A stretch of DNA of 64,000 bases, from contig OX597820.1 in NCBI GenBank assembly GCA_951406725.2, forward strand, positions 15,996,001 through 16,060,000, in the 5' to 3' direction. A program made the position numbers and the translations under genes. Every line of letters starts with the position of its first letter. Position 1 is the stretch's first letter. Positions 25,490 to 38,666 of this stretch are shown one piece after another. The notes under the pieces were generated by a model. The model was given only the letters and a program-made list of their open reading frames with translations, was not told the origin of the DNA and did no database searches. The DNA comes from Octopus vulgaris. Taxonomy: Eukaryota.

Positions 25490-26061
25490 CAATGGTTCTC
25501 AACTGGCACTTATGGTTCTATGTAAGATTTTCAATAAATTGCTTATAATTCTACGATACACAACGCCCGAAATTTTGGGTGGGGGTGGCAAGTCGATTAG
25601 ATCGACCTCAGTACGCAACTGGTACTTAATTAATCGACCCCGAAAGGATGAAAGGCAAAGTCGACCTCGACGGGATTTGAACTCAGAACGTAAATACAGA
25701 CGAAATAACTATTTCTTTACTACCCACAAGGGGCTAAACACAGAAGGGACAAACAAGGACAGACAGACGGATTAAGTCGATTACATCGACCCCCGTGTGT
25801 AACCGGTACTTATTTAATCGACCCCGAAAGGATGACTGGCAAAGTCGACCTCGGCGGAATTTGAACTCAGAACATAACGGCAGACGAAATGCCGATAAGC
25901 ATTTTGCCCGACGTGCTAACGTTTCTGTCAGCTCGCCGCCTTAATAATATTTCATATTAAACAATAACAAGATTTTTTAAACATCATATGGCTGTGAGGG
26001 TCCAGTGGAGTAAAATATGAACAAAAGGGGTCCATAGGTGAAAAACGGTTGAGAATCACTG
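25490..26061. mobile_element. Decayed hAT (Charlie-like) MITE interrupted by a SINE C dimer
   Basis: Ends CAATGGTTCTCAAC and GTTGAGAATCACTG; related to ~4418-5102. Confidence 0.6.
25549..25940 (-). mobile_element. SINE family C dimer: inner unit with the young tail, outer unit with the old tail
   Basis: Junction at 25702-25715; single head at ~25890-25940. Confidence 0.88.
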
Positions 26062-26270
26062 ATCTACATCATACCACAGCGCAGACAATTGTGTGATAAA
26101 CTTTAAATATACATTTGAAATTATTCCAGATAAGTGACCGTAAGAACAATATGGCTGCTGATTCAAGGAACCAACTGGTAAGGATGTTACTTTTATCGGA
26201 AGTGAATAGGAGAATTGGGAAAAAAAACGAAACAACAGGCTCAATTTAAATATTTTTGTATAACATCATA

Positions 26271-26432
26271 GGCGCAGGAGTGGCTGTGTGGTAAGTAGCT
26301 TGCTTACCAACCACATGGTTCCGGGTTCAGTCCCACTGCGTGGCACCTTGGGCAAGTGTCTTCTACTATAGCCTCGGGCCCACCAAAGCCTTGTGAGGGG
26401 ATTTGGTAGACGGAAACTGAAAGAAGCCCATC

Positions 26433-26467
<35 letters not shown>

Positions 26468-26710
26468 TGTATGTATGTATGTATGTATGTATGTATGTGT
26501 ATATGTTTGTGTGTCTGTGTTTGTCCCCCCAACATCGCTTGACAACCGATGCTGGTGTGTTTACGTCTCCGTAACTTAGCGGTTCGGCAAAAGAGACCGA
26601 TAGAATAAGTACTAGGCTTACAAAGAATAAGTCCTGGGGTCGATTTGCTCGACTAAAGGCGGTGCTCCCGCATGGCCGCAGTCAAATGACTGAAACAAGT
26701 AAAAGAGAGT
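26271..26710 (+). mobile_element. Full-length SINE family A (reference-quality copy, internal (TATG)n)
   Basis: GGCGCAGGAGTGGCTGTGTGG...GTTCAGTCCC...CCTTGGGCAAGT...GACTGAAACAAGTAAAAGA. Confidence 0.95.
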
Positions 26711-29643
26711 AGGATATTTGATAAGCAAAAATCATGTGATGAGCTGGCAGAATCGTTAGCGCGTTGGCCTACATGCTCAACAACATTGCCTCGAACTTTT
26801 TTTTTACATTCTGAGTTCAATTCCGTCAAGATCTGCTTTGTCCTTCATCCTTTCCAGGTCGATTTTATAAAGTACCAGTCAAGTACTAGAACTAATGCAA
26901 TCAACGTAACCCCGTCCCTAAGATTCATAGCCTTGCGCCAAAAATTATTGCTTCTAGATGCGCAGAGGGAAACAGACAGATACCATTTTAGATTTTCATA
27001 CACTTAGGGATCAAAAACTGTTATTTACGGATTTTCAAGCATACTACTTTATGATTTGTAATGGCTACTTGAACTACTTATAGCAATGTCAAGAGTTTTT
27101 TTTTTTTACTAACAGTTTGCTGTCAATGTGTAAGCCAAGGTGCAGATACATTGTATGTATGTTATATATGACGTATATAATATATAAATTATTCATATAT
27201 GTATACACAAACACACAAATGTATTATATGAGTGTGTGGGTGTATTTTTGTACATGTGAGTGTGTTAAATAATGAAATACTGTTGCATATGATTTCCTCT
27301 AGCAAAAAATGTTAAGAACTTCGTAATAGATACAAAGAAAAAACTTAAAATGTGAACTCTAAGCATCTTATTCCTCGTATTCCTTAATTGCAAAATCAAA
27401 TTTCAAAACCCACCTCATGTTGTGTATTTACGGCTAAAGCCAGGGGGAAGCACATGTATTGTTTTACTTAAAAGAGAAAAAAATAAAGAAGTGCGTGCGG
27501 AGTCGTTCTTTCATCTTAGGGATGTTATGTCATCGACGACGTCCGAGAAAGACGGTTGTGCAATTTCTTGAGCAACCTGCGCAAATGACTTGTTTACAGT
27601 GATCAAAGGCTTGTGTTGTACATGAGTTCACTCCCTCCATCAGATCAACGTTGCTTGTTCAAATGCAAGGTGTATCTTACGTCAGGTGTTGAAGTGTTAA
27701 CAGGGCAACGTGAGATGAAGAGTTTCGCTCAAGAACACAATGCAGCTATCAGTCCCGGCCAGGAATTGAAACTACGATCTCGCGATCGTGAGTGCAACAC
27801 GTTAACCACTAAGCCACGCCCTCACATCATCGATGACAGTGACATGGGAACGAGTCAGTTACGCATTCTTGCCTCACACATCACGTAAAAAACATAATGA
27901 TTGAATGAACTCAGGACGCCATAATGTGTGTCAGAACGTATGGAATGGTAAGGTCTCATCATCTGCTGTAATCTGGCTTGGAAAGAGGAGGATGAAAAAC
28001 TTTCTCAAGAGCAGTCCGATGACCTATAGGCATTAATTATTGGTTAGTGTTTTGCCATAAAAGCCCAGGAAAATGATACACTTTATAACAAAATATATCT
28101 TCGGCACTATAAGATGTAACATGTGTACCACAGTGTGGCAGACAATAGGCCTCCTTCATGCATGCATTTGCATCTGGATCAAACAAGTACTTACATGGTA
28201 CAGAATAAATGCGTCAATAAGTCTTACAGATAATTAATAAAAGGAACCCAAAGAGAAGATAAATATGTCTTCTACAGAAAAGGAAGACCCGACGACAGTG
28301 TATTTGAAACTTCGGTACTACATGTGACTTGTGATATGTTCCCTGTCCATAGGAAAAAGATGGAGTGGCCATAGATGGAATACTCTTGGTTACAGGTCTG
28401 CTCAATCTGAGTCAACCTAGGACTAAACAACAACGCCAGCGATAGAAAAGCGTCCGTTTGGAAAGAAACTTCTCGATAGAAGAAAATGCTTTGTAATAAA
28501 TACTCTCTTTGAAACCTACATCTGTTTGTATTCTTGTTTGTATTAGGCATGCATTGCCTAATTCTGAAGTCACATTTTTCTATGCTTAGAGTGGAAATAA
28601 AATAATAGCTAAAAACGAGTCAGTTTTTTGGATGGATGGATGGTCATCCTGACATTGTTTAACTGTTTTAAGGTCAAGTGAAACCAGAGTGACAACTTCC
28701 ATCATACAGTTTCATTTTAGAAACCTTATGTCATTGAAAACCTTCACCAATAACATGCATCCAATGATCCATCAGAGTCAATATTCAATTTCAAAAACGC
28801 AGTTTATGTCTTTTGATGAACCTAAAGAAACGGGGGAAACATTTCTTAACAATATATTGATGGTAAAAATTCGTCAAAAGCAACAAATTGCATTTGCAGT
28901 TGATTTTTATGGAATTACAATAAGGTTTTCTGTCCAAATGTAAGATAGCTTATTCTTCGTTCAAGCTCCCTTTGTACATGATGAAACATTTTTTTTAATG
29001 CTACATGAAACAGTAACGAATGAACTGGGATGAGTGAGGCTCCAAGATGATGCAGAATAGTTGTTTGAGATGAATGCACAATGTCTCACTTAAAAGCACA
29101 ACAAGTTCCGGACAGGATATTACACGATGTCAATATAAACAAAGGAGCCGCTTCGGTTGTGCTGGAAATGCCTGTGATTCCCAGGAGAAAACACAAACAG
29201 ATAAACATAATGCTTGCTTCAAAAAGCAGAATGACAACCACCATCACATGCTTCTACTTGAGTCTCCTTGTATCAATGAAACCCTTCACCAATGAGCTGT
29301 AAACAATGAGCCATTAGTGCAAATGTTTAATATCAGGAAGGTGACTCAATTCTAGAAACGCTTGTTGCTGTCAAAGAGTTGCAGCCATACTGTGGCACCA
29401 CCTCGATCGGTTTTTAATCGAATAAAAATATCGACCTTAGTACTTAGGATGATTTCAAGAGAAACACAACAAAACCACGCTTATCTGCCAACATGTGAAT
29501 CCATCTGTTCAATTATCTGAGCAATTTCAAAAACAATATATTGCATCCAGGCAATGGCAAAGCCAAACCAGGAGCAGAAACGAGAAAAATTTACATGAAA
29601 ATATTCAATAAAACAATATCATTTGGTTAGGAACTGAGAGATA

Positions 29644-29805
29644 GGCGTAGGAGTGGCTGCGTGGTAAGTATCACATGGTTCCGGGTTCAGTCCCACTGCG
29701 TGGTACCTTGGGCAAGTGTCTTCTACTATAGCCTCGGGCCGACCAAAGCCTTGTGAGTGGATTTAGTAGACGGAAACTGAAAGAAGCCCGTCGTATATAT
29801 GTATA

Positions 29806-29845
<40 letters not shown>

Positions 29846-30072
29846 TGTATAGGTTTGTATGTCTGTGTTTGTCCCCCCAACATCGCTTGACAACCGATGC
29901 CGGTGTGTTTACGTCCCCGTAACTTAGCGGTTCGGCAAAAGAGACCAATAGAATAACTACAAGGCTTACAAAGAATAAGTCCTGGGGGAAGGGGTCGATT
30001 TTCTCGACAAAAGGCAATGCTCCAGCTTGGCCGCAGTCAAATGACTGAAAAAAGTAAAAGAATAAAAGAGTA
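29644..30072 (+). mobile_element. SINE family A
   Basis: Near-consensus, with a small deletion in the head. Confidence 0.93.
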
Positions 30073-30875
30073 AATAGTCTTCGTAAAAACTTCTGGAAAA
30101 CTACCAGAATCATAGTATTGCAAATACGCTGTCACAGTTTTTGCAACGATCTTCTAAGAACCATTGCTACAAGTCAATAAGTAGACACAATTCTTGAATC
30201 GACTCAAGTGTTTAACTATCATTTACCATTTATTTGTTTCGGTCATTGGTCTGCGACCATGCTGGGGCACTGCCTTGAAGGGTTTTAGCCAAATAAATCG
30301 AATCTCTCCACCAAATAGTTATGAATAATTTTTTTTAATATATAGCACTTATTCTATCGGTTCTCTTTAACTGAACCGCTATGTTACAGGAACGTGAACA
30401 AACTAACAACGGTTGTTAAGATGTGGGGGGAACAAACACACACACAGAGAATGTATGTATGCATAAATATACATATATATGTGTACATAAATGTATGTAT
30501 ATCTATCTATCTATCTATCTATCTACATACATATGTAAATGTATATTAGTGTTTATATATATATATATATATATGAGGGTATATATATATATATATATAT
30601 GTATCTATACATATGTATATATATGTATATATATGTGTGTATATATGTATGTATATATATATATATATATTTAGCGGTTCGGCAAAAGGGACCGATAGAA
30701 TAAGTACTGGGCTTACAAAGAATAAGTCCCGGGGTCGATTTGCTCGACTAAAGGCGGTGCTCCAGCATGGCCGCAGTCAAATGACTGAAACAAGCAAAAG
30801 AAAGATAAAAGATAAGATATAGATATATATATATATATATATAAATGAGGGTACATATGTATATATATATGGAAT

Positions 30876-31240
30876 GGAGGCGCTCCATCTGTTACGACGA
30901 CGAGGGTTCCGGTTGATCCGATCAACGGAACAGCCTGCTCCTGAAATTAACGTGTAAGTGGCTGAGCACTCCACAGATACGTGTACCCTTAACGTAGTTC
31001 TCGGGGATATTCAGCGTGACACAGAGAGTGACAAGGCCGGCCCTTTGAAATACAAGGTACAACAGAAACAGGAAGTAAGAGTGAGAGAAAGTTGTGGTGA
31101 AAGAGTACAGCAGGGATCACCACCATCCCTGCCGGAGTCTCGTGGAGCTTTAGGTGTTTTCGCTCAATAAACACTCACAACGCCCGGTCTGGGAATCGAA
31201 ACCGCGATCCCATGACCGCGAGTCCGCTGCCCTAACCACT
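30876..31240 (-). mobile_element. SINE family B1, slightly 5'-truncated
   Basis: Matches 7081-7468. Confidence 0.92.
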
Positions 31241-31684
31241 CAGGTATATTGTAGACGACACTTGCCTAAGTTACAGCGCTGTGGAACAGGAACCGAAACC
31301 ACGTGGTTTGCAAAGCGAGCTTCTTTATTACACAGCCATACTTGCGCCTGTAATTTTCCAAATTCTATCAGGTCCTTCTTCTGTACAATCATACTGATTC
31401 CGTGTAAAAGCAGAAGCAGCCAACACACTCCTTGCGAACCTGACACTACCTATACCTGCGCAAACCTGATTGGCTAATGATGACACAATTAGACTTTCCG
31501 GATGTAGCAAAGATGATGTGTGTATACATACCACAAATTCTTATAATTTTTGTTAGTGTACATATGATATTCCACTTCAAGAGAATTTGTATTTCCGTGT
31601 GTCGAAGCTTCTACAATGTTCAACAACAACCCCAAGATCAGATGTTAGCAGCAGCTACGCTGCATTAAGAAGGAGTGCGGCTTC

Positions 31685-32298
31685 TTATTTCTTTACTACC
31701 CACAAGGGGCTAAACGTAGAGGGGACATGCAAGGACAGATAAAAGGATTAAGTCGATTACATCGACCCCAGTGCGTAACTGGTACTTAATTTATCGACCC
31801 CGAAAGGATGAAAGACAAAGTCGACCTCGGCAGAGTTTGAACTCAGAACGTAACGGCAGACGAAATACCTATTTCTTATTTCTTTACTACCCACAAGGGG
31901 CTAAACACAGAGAGGACGAACAAGGACAGACAAAGGAATTAAGACGATTATATCGACCCCAGTGCGTAACTGGTACTTAATTTATCGACCCCGAAAGGAT
32001 GAAAAGCAAAGTCGACCTCGGCGGAATTTGAACTCAGAACGTAATGGCAGACGAAATACCTATTTCTTATTTCTTTACTACCCACAAGGGGCTAAACACA
32101 GAGAGGACGAACAAGGACAGACAAAGGAATTAAGACGATTATATCGACCCCAGTGCGTAACTGGTACTTAATTTATCGACCCCGAAAGGATGAAAGACAA
32201 AGTCGACCTCGGCGGAATTTGAACTCAGAACGTAATGGCAGACGAAATACTGCAAAGCATTTCGCCCGGCGTACAAACGTTTCTGCCGGCTCGCCGCC
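31685..32298 (-). mobile_element. SINE family C trimer (period 191 bp, one head)
   Basis: Repeated ORF starts at 31771, 31962 and 32153 show the 191-bp period; junctions at 31862-31875 and 32053-32066. Confidence 0.95.
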
Positions 32299-32607
32299 TT
32301 CTGCATTAAGAAAGAAACCAGCTTCTTCTGTCACACAGAGCTTACTTGTAAGATGTTGGAAAGCCAAACAATCTTTATGCAAATGAATTTTCTCGAGGTG
32401 GGAAAACCATGCTCTGCACATTATAATGAAGCATTTCATTGAAAACTATTTGTCATTGTTTGGTTAAGAAGCTTGCTTCTGAATGATGTGATCTTGGGTT
32501 CGGTCCCACTGCACGGCACCTTTGGGACAAGTGTCTCCTTCTATAGCCCTGAGCCGACTAAAGACTTGTGAGAGGATTTGGTAAGTAGAAACTGTGCGGA
32601 AGACTGT

Positions 32608-32642
<35 letters not shown>

Positions 32643-32953
32643 TTGTGTGTACTGTGTGTTTCCCCTCACCACCACCGTTTCATAATCGGTGTTGGCTTGT
32701 TTACGTCCCTGTAACTTAACGGTTTGGCAAAAGAGAACCCATAGAATAAAAACCAGACTCTAAAAAAAAAAAAAAAAAACTCAAAGTACTTGGGTAGATT
32801 TTTTTTAAAACTAAAACCCTTCAAGGCGATGCCCCAGCATGGCTGCAGTCCAATGACTGAAACAAGCGAAAGATAAAAGATATATTTTGCCAGAATCAAA
32901 ACTTTATTTTTCTTTTCTCTTTTTAATTATTATTATTCATCATCAATAATCAT

Positions 32954-33012
<59 letters not shown>

Positions 33013-33244
33013 TGCTGCTGCTGCTGCTGCTGCCGTCGCTGTTATTGACTTCAAATCTCCCTATTATACAGAATATAATGTCGTATGTTAAGCATTGCAT
33101 TTAGGTGGAATAATCGTTATTGTTTCTTTCAAGGAAGTAGACACAAAACCAACTCATCTGATTCTCTGTCAACACCGGAAATCCTATTACCGTATACGAA
33201 TACACATTCAAATGTATGCCTGTATGTGTGTGTGTGTGTGTGTA

Positions 33245-33275
<31 letters not shown>

Positions 33276-33286
33276 ATGTATGTATG

Positions 33287-33317
<31 letters not shown>

Positions 33318-33744
33318 GTGTGTATTTGTGTATGTACGTGTGTATGTATGCATGAATATATGTATGTGTGTATGTGTGTATATAAGTGTGTATGTATGTA
33401 TATGTGTGTCTATGTAAGTGTGTATGTATGCATGTGTCTATATATGTATGTACATGTGTGTATGTACGTATGTTTGCATAAATATATATATATATATGTA
33501 AGTTTGTGTGCATGAATGTATGTATGCATGTATGTGTGTGTAAGAATGTAAGTGTGTATGTATGTACGTATATATGTATGTAAGTATGTATGTATGTACG
33601 TACGTACATATTTGCATGTGTGTGTGTGTATGTATGACAAACTTGACAAACAGTAGGAGTGGGTGAAAGAGTGACAGGTATATGTATGTTTATATATATA
33701 TGCATGTATTTATGCATGTGTGTGTGTGTGTTTGTGTGTGCATG

Positions 33745-33799
<55 letters not shown>

Positions 33800-34031
33800 A
33801 TATATATATGCATGTATTTATGTATATATGAGTGAACTATTTCACCTCAATTGGACCAGCTCTCTTCAACATTCGAGCCAGACGCACATAAAGGAGGAAA
33901 GTAACTTCACAGAATTAAAACGATCCCGAAATGATTAACCCTAACAAATACCATGTATTATAACTGCTTCAGATGATTCCTGTTTTTAAAGGGTTTTTTT
34001 AAAAAAATCATATGGCTGTGTTATTTTTTTT

Positions 34032-34161
34032 TTACCTCCGCCAAGGAGGTTATGTTTTTGCAAACGTTGGTTTGGGAAATTGGGCGGTTTTCAGCACGCG
34101 TGTATATAGGTGGAAATGAGCTGCTTGGCGGAGGTCTGCGCTCTCCGAGTGCGTTTCTAGT
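34032..34161 (+). mobile_element. Non-autonomous Helentron/Helitron2-type element (HINE-like)
   Basis: Subterminal IRs ACCTCCGCCAAG 34034-34045 and CTTGGCGGAGGT 34124-34135; 3' hairpin GCGCTC-TCC-GAGTGC; CTAGT end; T-rich flanks. Confidence 0.75.
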
Positions 34162-34419
34162 TTAATGTCTGTTTTTATGCCAAGTTATATACTTTTATTG
34201 GTTTCAGTCAGTGGCCATGCTGGGGCACCACCATAAAAGAAAGTACTACACCCGACGAAATGTCCCGTACTCTACCTACCGACTGAGCGAACAAAAACCG
34301 ATTTATCATTAAACTGAAGGATTCGCCATTACTTTTTTAGTGGAGTAACATACGTTTTAACTTATGCATGGAAAGGGCTGACAGTCACTTCGATGTCTAC
34401 ATGTGTGTGTGAGTGTGTG

Positions 34420-35045
34420 TGCGGTAAAAACTTGCTTCCCAACCACATGGCTCCGGGTTCAGTGCCACTGCTTGGCACCTTCGGCAAGTGTCTTTTATTA
34501 TAGCCTCTAGCTGACCAATGCCTTGTGAGTAGATCTAGCAGATGGAAACTGAAAGAGGCCCCTTGTGTATATATATATATACACAAAATGTCACTACATG
34601 TGAATCGTTGGTGATTTTCTTCCTCCGTCATCCCTTCTGTTGGACTTTCCTCTGTTTCCGAAGAAGAGCGACAGCTCGAAACGTCAAGCCATCTTTCTTT
34701 CGTCCCCTGAGCGTCTGCTAATACTTTACATGTACCACGTCATCGCGTTGTTGTGTTTTTTTTTTTGCGTTTGTTCTTTTTTGGATTTACTGTGTGTGTA
34801 TGTGTGTGTATGTATGTATATCTATGCGAGTATATCTGTGTTTGTGTTTATACCCCCACCACCGCTTGAGGACTGGTTTCGGTGCGTTTGTGTCCCTATA
34901 AGCGGTTCGTCAAAAGGCACCGATAGAATAAGTGCTAGGCTTAAAAAAACAAGTACTGGGGTCGATTCATTCCACATAAAGAAATTCAAGATGGTGTCCC
35001 GGCATGACCGTAGTCTAATGATTGATACAAATGAAAAGATTAAAA
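34420..35045 (+). mobile_element. SINE family A carrying a family F element (~34590-34790; hammerhead motif 34654-34689) in its internal microsatellite
   Basis: guuu-CCGAAGA-a-GAGC(gaca)GCUC-GAAACGUC-aagc; A head before and A tail after. Confidence 0.75.
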
Positions 35046-35340
35046 AAAAGGTATGTACACATACACACACACATACACTCATACATACACACACTCACAC
35101 ATACGCGCAGACACACACACAGACGCACGCACCCACACACGCACACGTACACACGCACATATACGCAGATACTCAGGCAGCCGCCAAAAGAAGGCGTTTC
35201 GTTATAGCATCCCAGTATGAAGCTGATGACAGCTAAAGTAGGCGCCTGAATAGGAAGGTCTTCATCAGAGATAAACAAGGCAATTACGTAGTTAAGGATA
35301 TATTATACTATGCCCCAGAGCGACGAAATGTCCCTTACTC

Positions 35341-35670
35341 CAGCGTTTTTCAAACTTTTTTGTCGCGATCCATTTTATTTATTGCACGACGCACCGAAGG
35401 GTTGGGGCCCACAGTTTGCAAAACACTGGTTTATATTCTTCACTTTGTACCCACTTGCGTTTTTTTTCCTTTCCTTCCTTTTTGTCGTGACCCATATTAT
35501 TTATCTCACGACGCACTGAAAGGTGGGGTCCCACAGTTTGAAAAACACTGGTTTATATTCTTCACTTCGTACCTGCTTATGTTTTTTTCTTTCCTTCAAT
35601 TTTATCGCGACCCATTTTACATATCTCGTGACCCACTGAAGGGTCTGAAGCCACAGTTTGAAAAACGCTG
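35341..35670. mobile_element. hAT-type MITE with an internal tandem triplication (~120-125 bp period)
   Basis: TIR CAGCGTTTTT(T)CAAACT and AGTTTGAAAAACGCTG; 8-bp flanks CCTTACTC and CCCTAGTC with central TA; 3' TIR-like copies at ~35412-35428 and ~35535-35550. Confidence 0.75.
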
Positions 35671-36603
35671 CCCTAGTCCATCTCCATTGTTCATTGGATG
35701 GATGGATGGGTGGATGGATGGATGGGTGGGTGGATAGATAGAGGGAGGGATGTGTGTTTATATATGGGTACATGGAGACAAGGACTCAAATAAACAGATA
35801 AAACCTTGGGTTTTAATGTACAAAATATATATACAATGTATACATGCAAAAATCGAAGGCAGACACAAAATTTTTCAGAAGATTATCAATCAAGTATGAC
35901 TATATAGATATATATTTTCTATAGAGCAAACTTACTCAAACACTTGGATTCCCCTTATAGCCATTCTTTACCCCGTTGGCTTGATCCTCCATCGGAGTGG
36001 CAGTTCAAATCATTTGAGCGCTACTACTTTCAATATTGAGATTCAGTCGTTCTCATCTGTTGACTCTTGGCTGAGAGAGAGCGAGCTAATAATATGCAGC
36101 ACGAACATTTGACCACTATAAACAAATAATCTGTGCGGCAAAAGCTGAACGCTCATATCCTGTCTTCCACGGGAGCATCCATCGTATGATACATATATAT
36201 AGTGCAAAAACAGCCTACAGACTGTGATGGCCAATAAAATAGAAATGAAATTTTAAAATTGATTCTTTCTGTGCAGCGTGGTGCCAAATGACTCTCGACC
36301 TGGTGGTGGGAGAGCCCTGGTTTAAATTAATAGCTTAATAGCTTAAGATAGAGATATGTTCAACCTTAACTCGCACAAATTTGAGTGTGATAGAGATAAT
36401 ATGAGAGAGAGGCGGAAGTAAGGTAAAAGAGAACGGAAGTGAGGCAAAATCTGGCGTTAAATCGATGACAAATTGGGTGTTAATGATCTTTACGGGGAAA
36501 TTTTTTAAAAATTTGTTGTTGTTTGTCTTTTTATGTGTCGAGGTGTTCTTGTCTGTATTTGGTACGTAGACATGAGAAAGAGAAGATAGAGGGAGAGAGT
36601 CTA

Positions 36604-36639
<36 letters not shown>

Positions 36640-37097
36640 CTAAGAGAGATAGAGGGAGTCTAAGAGAGAGAGAGAGAGAGAGACAGAGTCTAAGAGACAG
36701 AGTCTAAGAGAGGGAGAGAGTCTAAGAGAGAGAAAGTCTAGAGAGAGAGAGAGAGAGAGTCTAAGAGAGAGAGAGAGAGAGAGAGAGAGAACGTGACAGT
36801 GCGAGAGAGTAAAAGAGACAGACGGAGAGATAGGCAGATAGAAAGGCAGACATAGAGAGACGGAGAGAGTGAAATACAGTCAGAGAGAGAGAGAGAGAGA
36901 GTGTGTGATAGAAAATGTGAGAGGGCGAGAGAGGGGGGGTGAGCAGACGTTCAGCAGACTTGCATCCGTCGTATCCGCTGACTTTCAACATCATAACCGA
37001 ACCATAAACAAGAATTTTGTATGTGTGTCTGTTAATATAAATATCAGTTAACATATATACATATATACCTCAGAAGGATGCGCAGGCAACACGACTG

Positions 37098-37167
<70 letters not shown>

Positions 37168-37223
37168 TCCCTCTCTCTCTCTCTCACATACACACACACG
37201 AAGCTAATTTAATATATTACATA

Positions 37224-37621
37224 AGTGGCTGTGTGGTAAGTAGCTTGTTTACCTACCACATGGTTCCGGGTTCAGTCCCACTGCATGACACCTTGGGCAA
37301 GTGTCTTCTACTATAGCCTCGGGCCCACCAAAGCCTTGTGAGTGGATTTGGTAGACGGAAACCGAAAGAAGCCCGTCGTATATTTGTATATATATATATA
37401 TATATATATATTTACGTGTGTGTATATGTTTATGTGTCTGTGTTTGTCCCCCAAACATCACTTGACAACCGATGCTCGTGTGTTTACGTCCCCGTAAAGA
37501 TGCCGATAGAATAAGTACTAGGCTTCCAAAGAATAAGTCCCGGGGTCGATTTGCTCGACTAAAGGCGGTGCTCCAGCATGGCCACAATCAAATGACTGAA
37601 GCAAGTGAAAGAGTAAAAGAG
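37224..37621 (+). mobile_element. SINE family A
   Basis: Near-consensus. Confidence 0.92.
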
Positions 37622-37656
37622 CATACACCTACGTATGTGTTATATGCGTGTATGAA

Positions 37657-37715
<59 letters not shown>

Positions 37716-38214
37716 ACACGCATGTCTGAGTGTTTGGTGCATGTGGCTGTTCGTATATATTTGCACTATAAATATCAACATACACGCATACAGAGAACAA
37801 TATTTGGAAATACATATATACACAGTTCGTAAATACACATATACACGTTAATGTAGATGCAATGGACCCGGGTCTATATAGAGAGCAACACAGAAGCACA
37901 ATCACTGCTCATATCCGGCAAATAAAATACTCCAAGATTTTTAACGGTTCGTCCTCTCTAGTCTTGGACAACATGCTTCTAAATCCCTCAAAGTAGCCCC
38001 AAAATCGCTGAGCCTCGTAACTTTCTGATGATCTCTCTGTGTGATCCTTTAACGATAGCTAAGTCTCCATCTTCACGACTATTAGCTTTCGTATTTTAGG
38101 GTCCGAAAATATTTTAGATCTGATGAAATGCTGACCCATAAGTTCAAAATGAGACCTACTAAAGAAATAATCCTTCCAAATCTAAGCAACGTCGGTTTTT
38201 GGAAAAGAAAAAAA

Positions 38215-38604
38215 GGGGAGAAACGCTTTACAACCTATTGGTTTCGGGTTCAGTCCCACTGCGCGACACCTTGAGTAAGTGTCTTCTACTATGGTCTCCG
38301 ATCGACTAATGCCTTGAGAGTGAATTTGGTAGACAGAAACTGTGTAGAACCTGTCGTGTATGTATGTATGTATGTATGTATGTATGTATGTATGTATGTA
38401 TGTATGTATGTATGTATGTATGTATGTATGCATGTACGTATGTATGTAGGAGTGACTGTGTAGTAAGAAGCTTGCTTCCCGACCGCACGGTTCAGGGTTC
38501 AGTCCCACTGCGTGGCACCTTGGACAAGTGCCTTCTAATATAGCCTCGGCTCGTCTAAAGCCTGGTGAGTGGATTTGGTAGACGGAAACTGAAAGAAGCC
38601 CGTC

Positions 38605-38666
<62 letters not shown>

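Noticed and set aside
31660-32312. CTGCATTAAGAA on both sides of the C trimer as a TSD
   Set aside because: The left copy is not adjacent to the element, so it is more likely a pre-existing local repeat.
31771-32386. Three near-identical small ORFs (MRNWYLIYRPRKDE...)
   Set aside because: They are antisense translations of the SINE C trimer.
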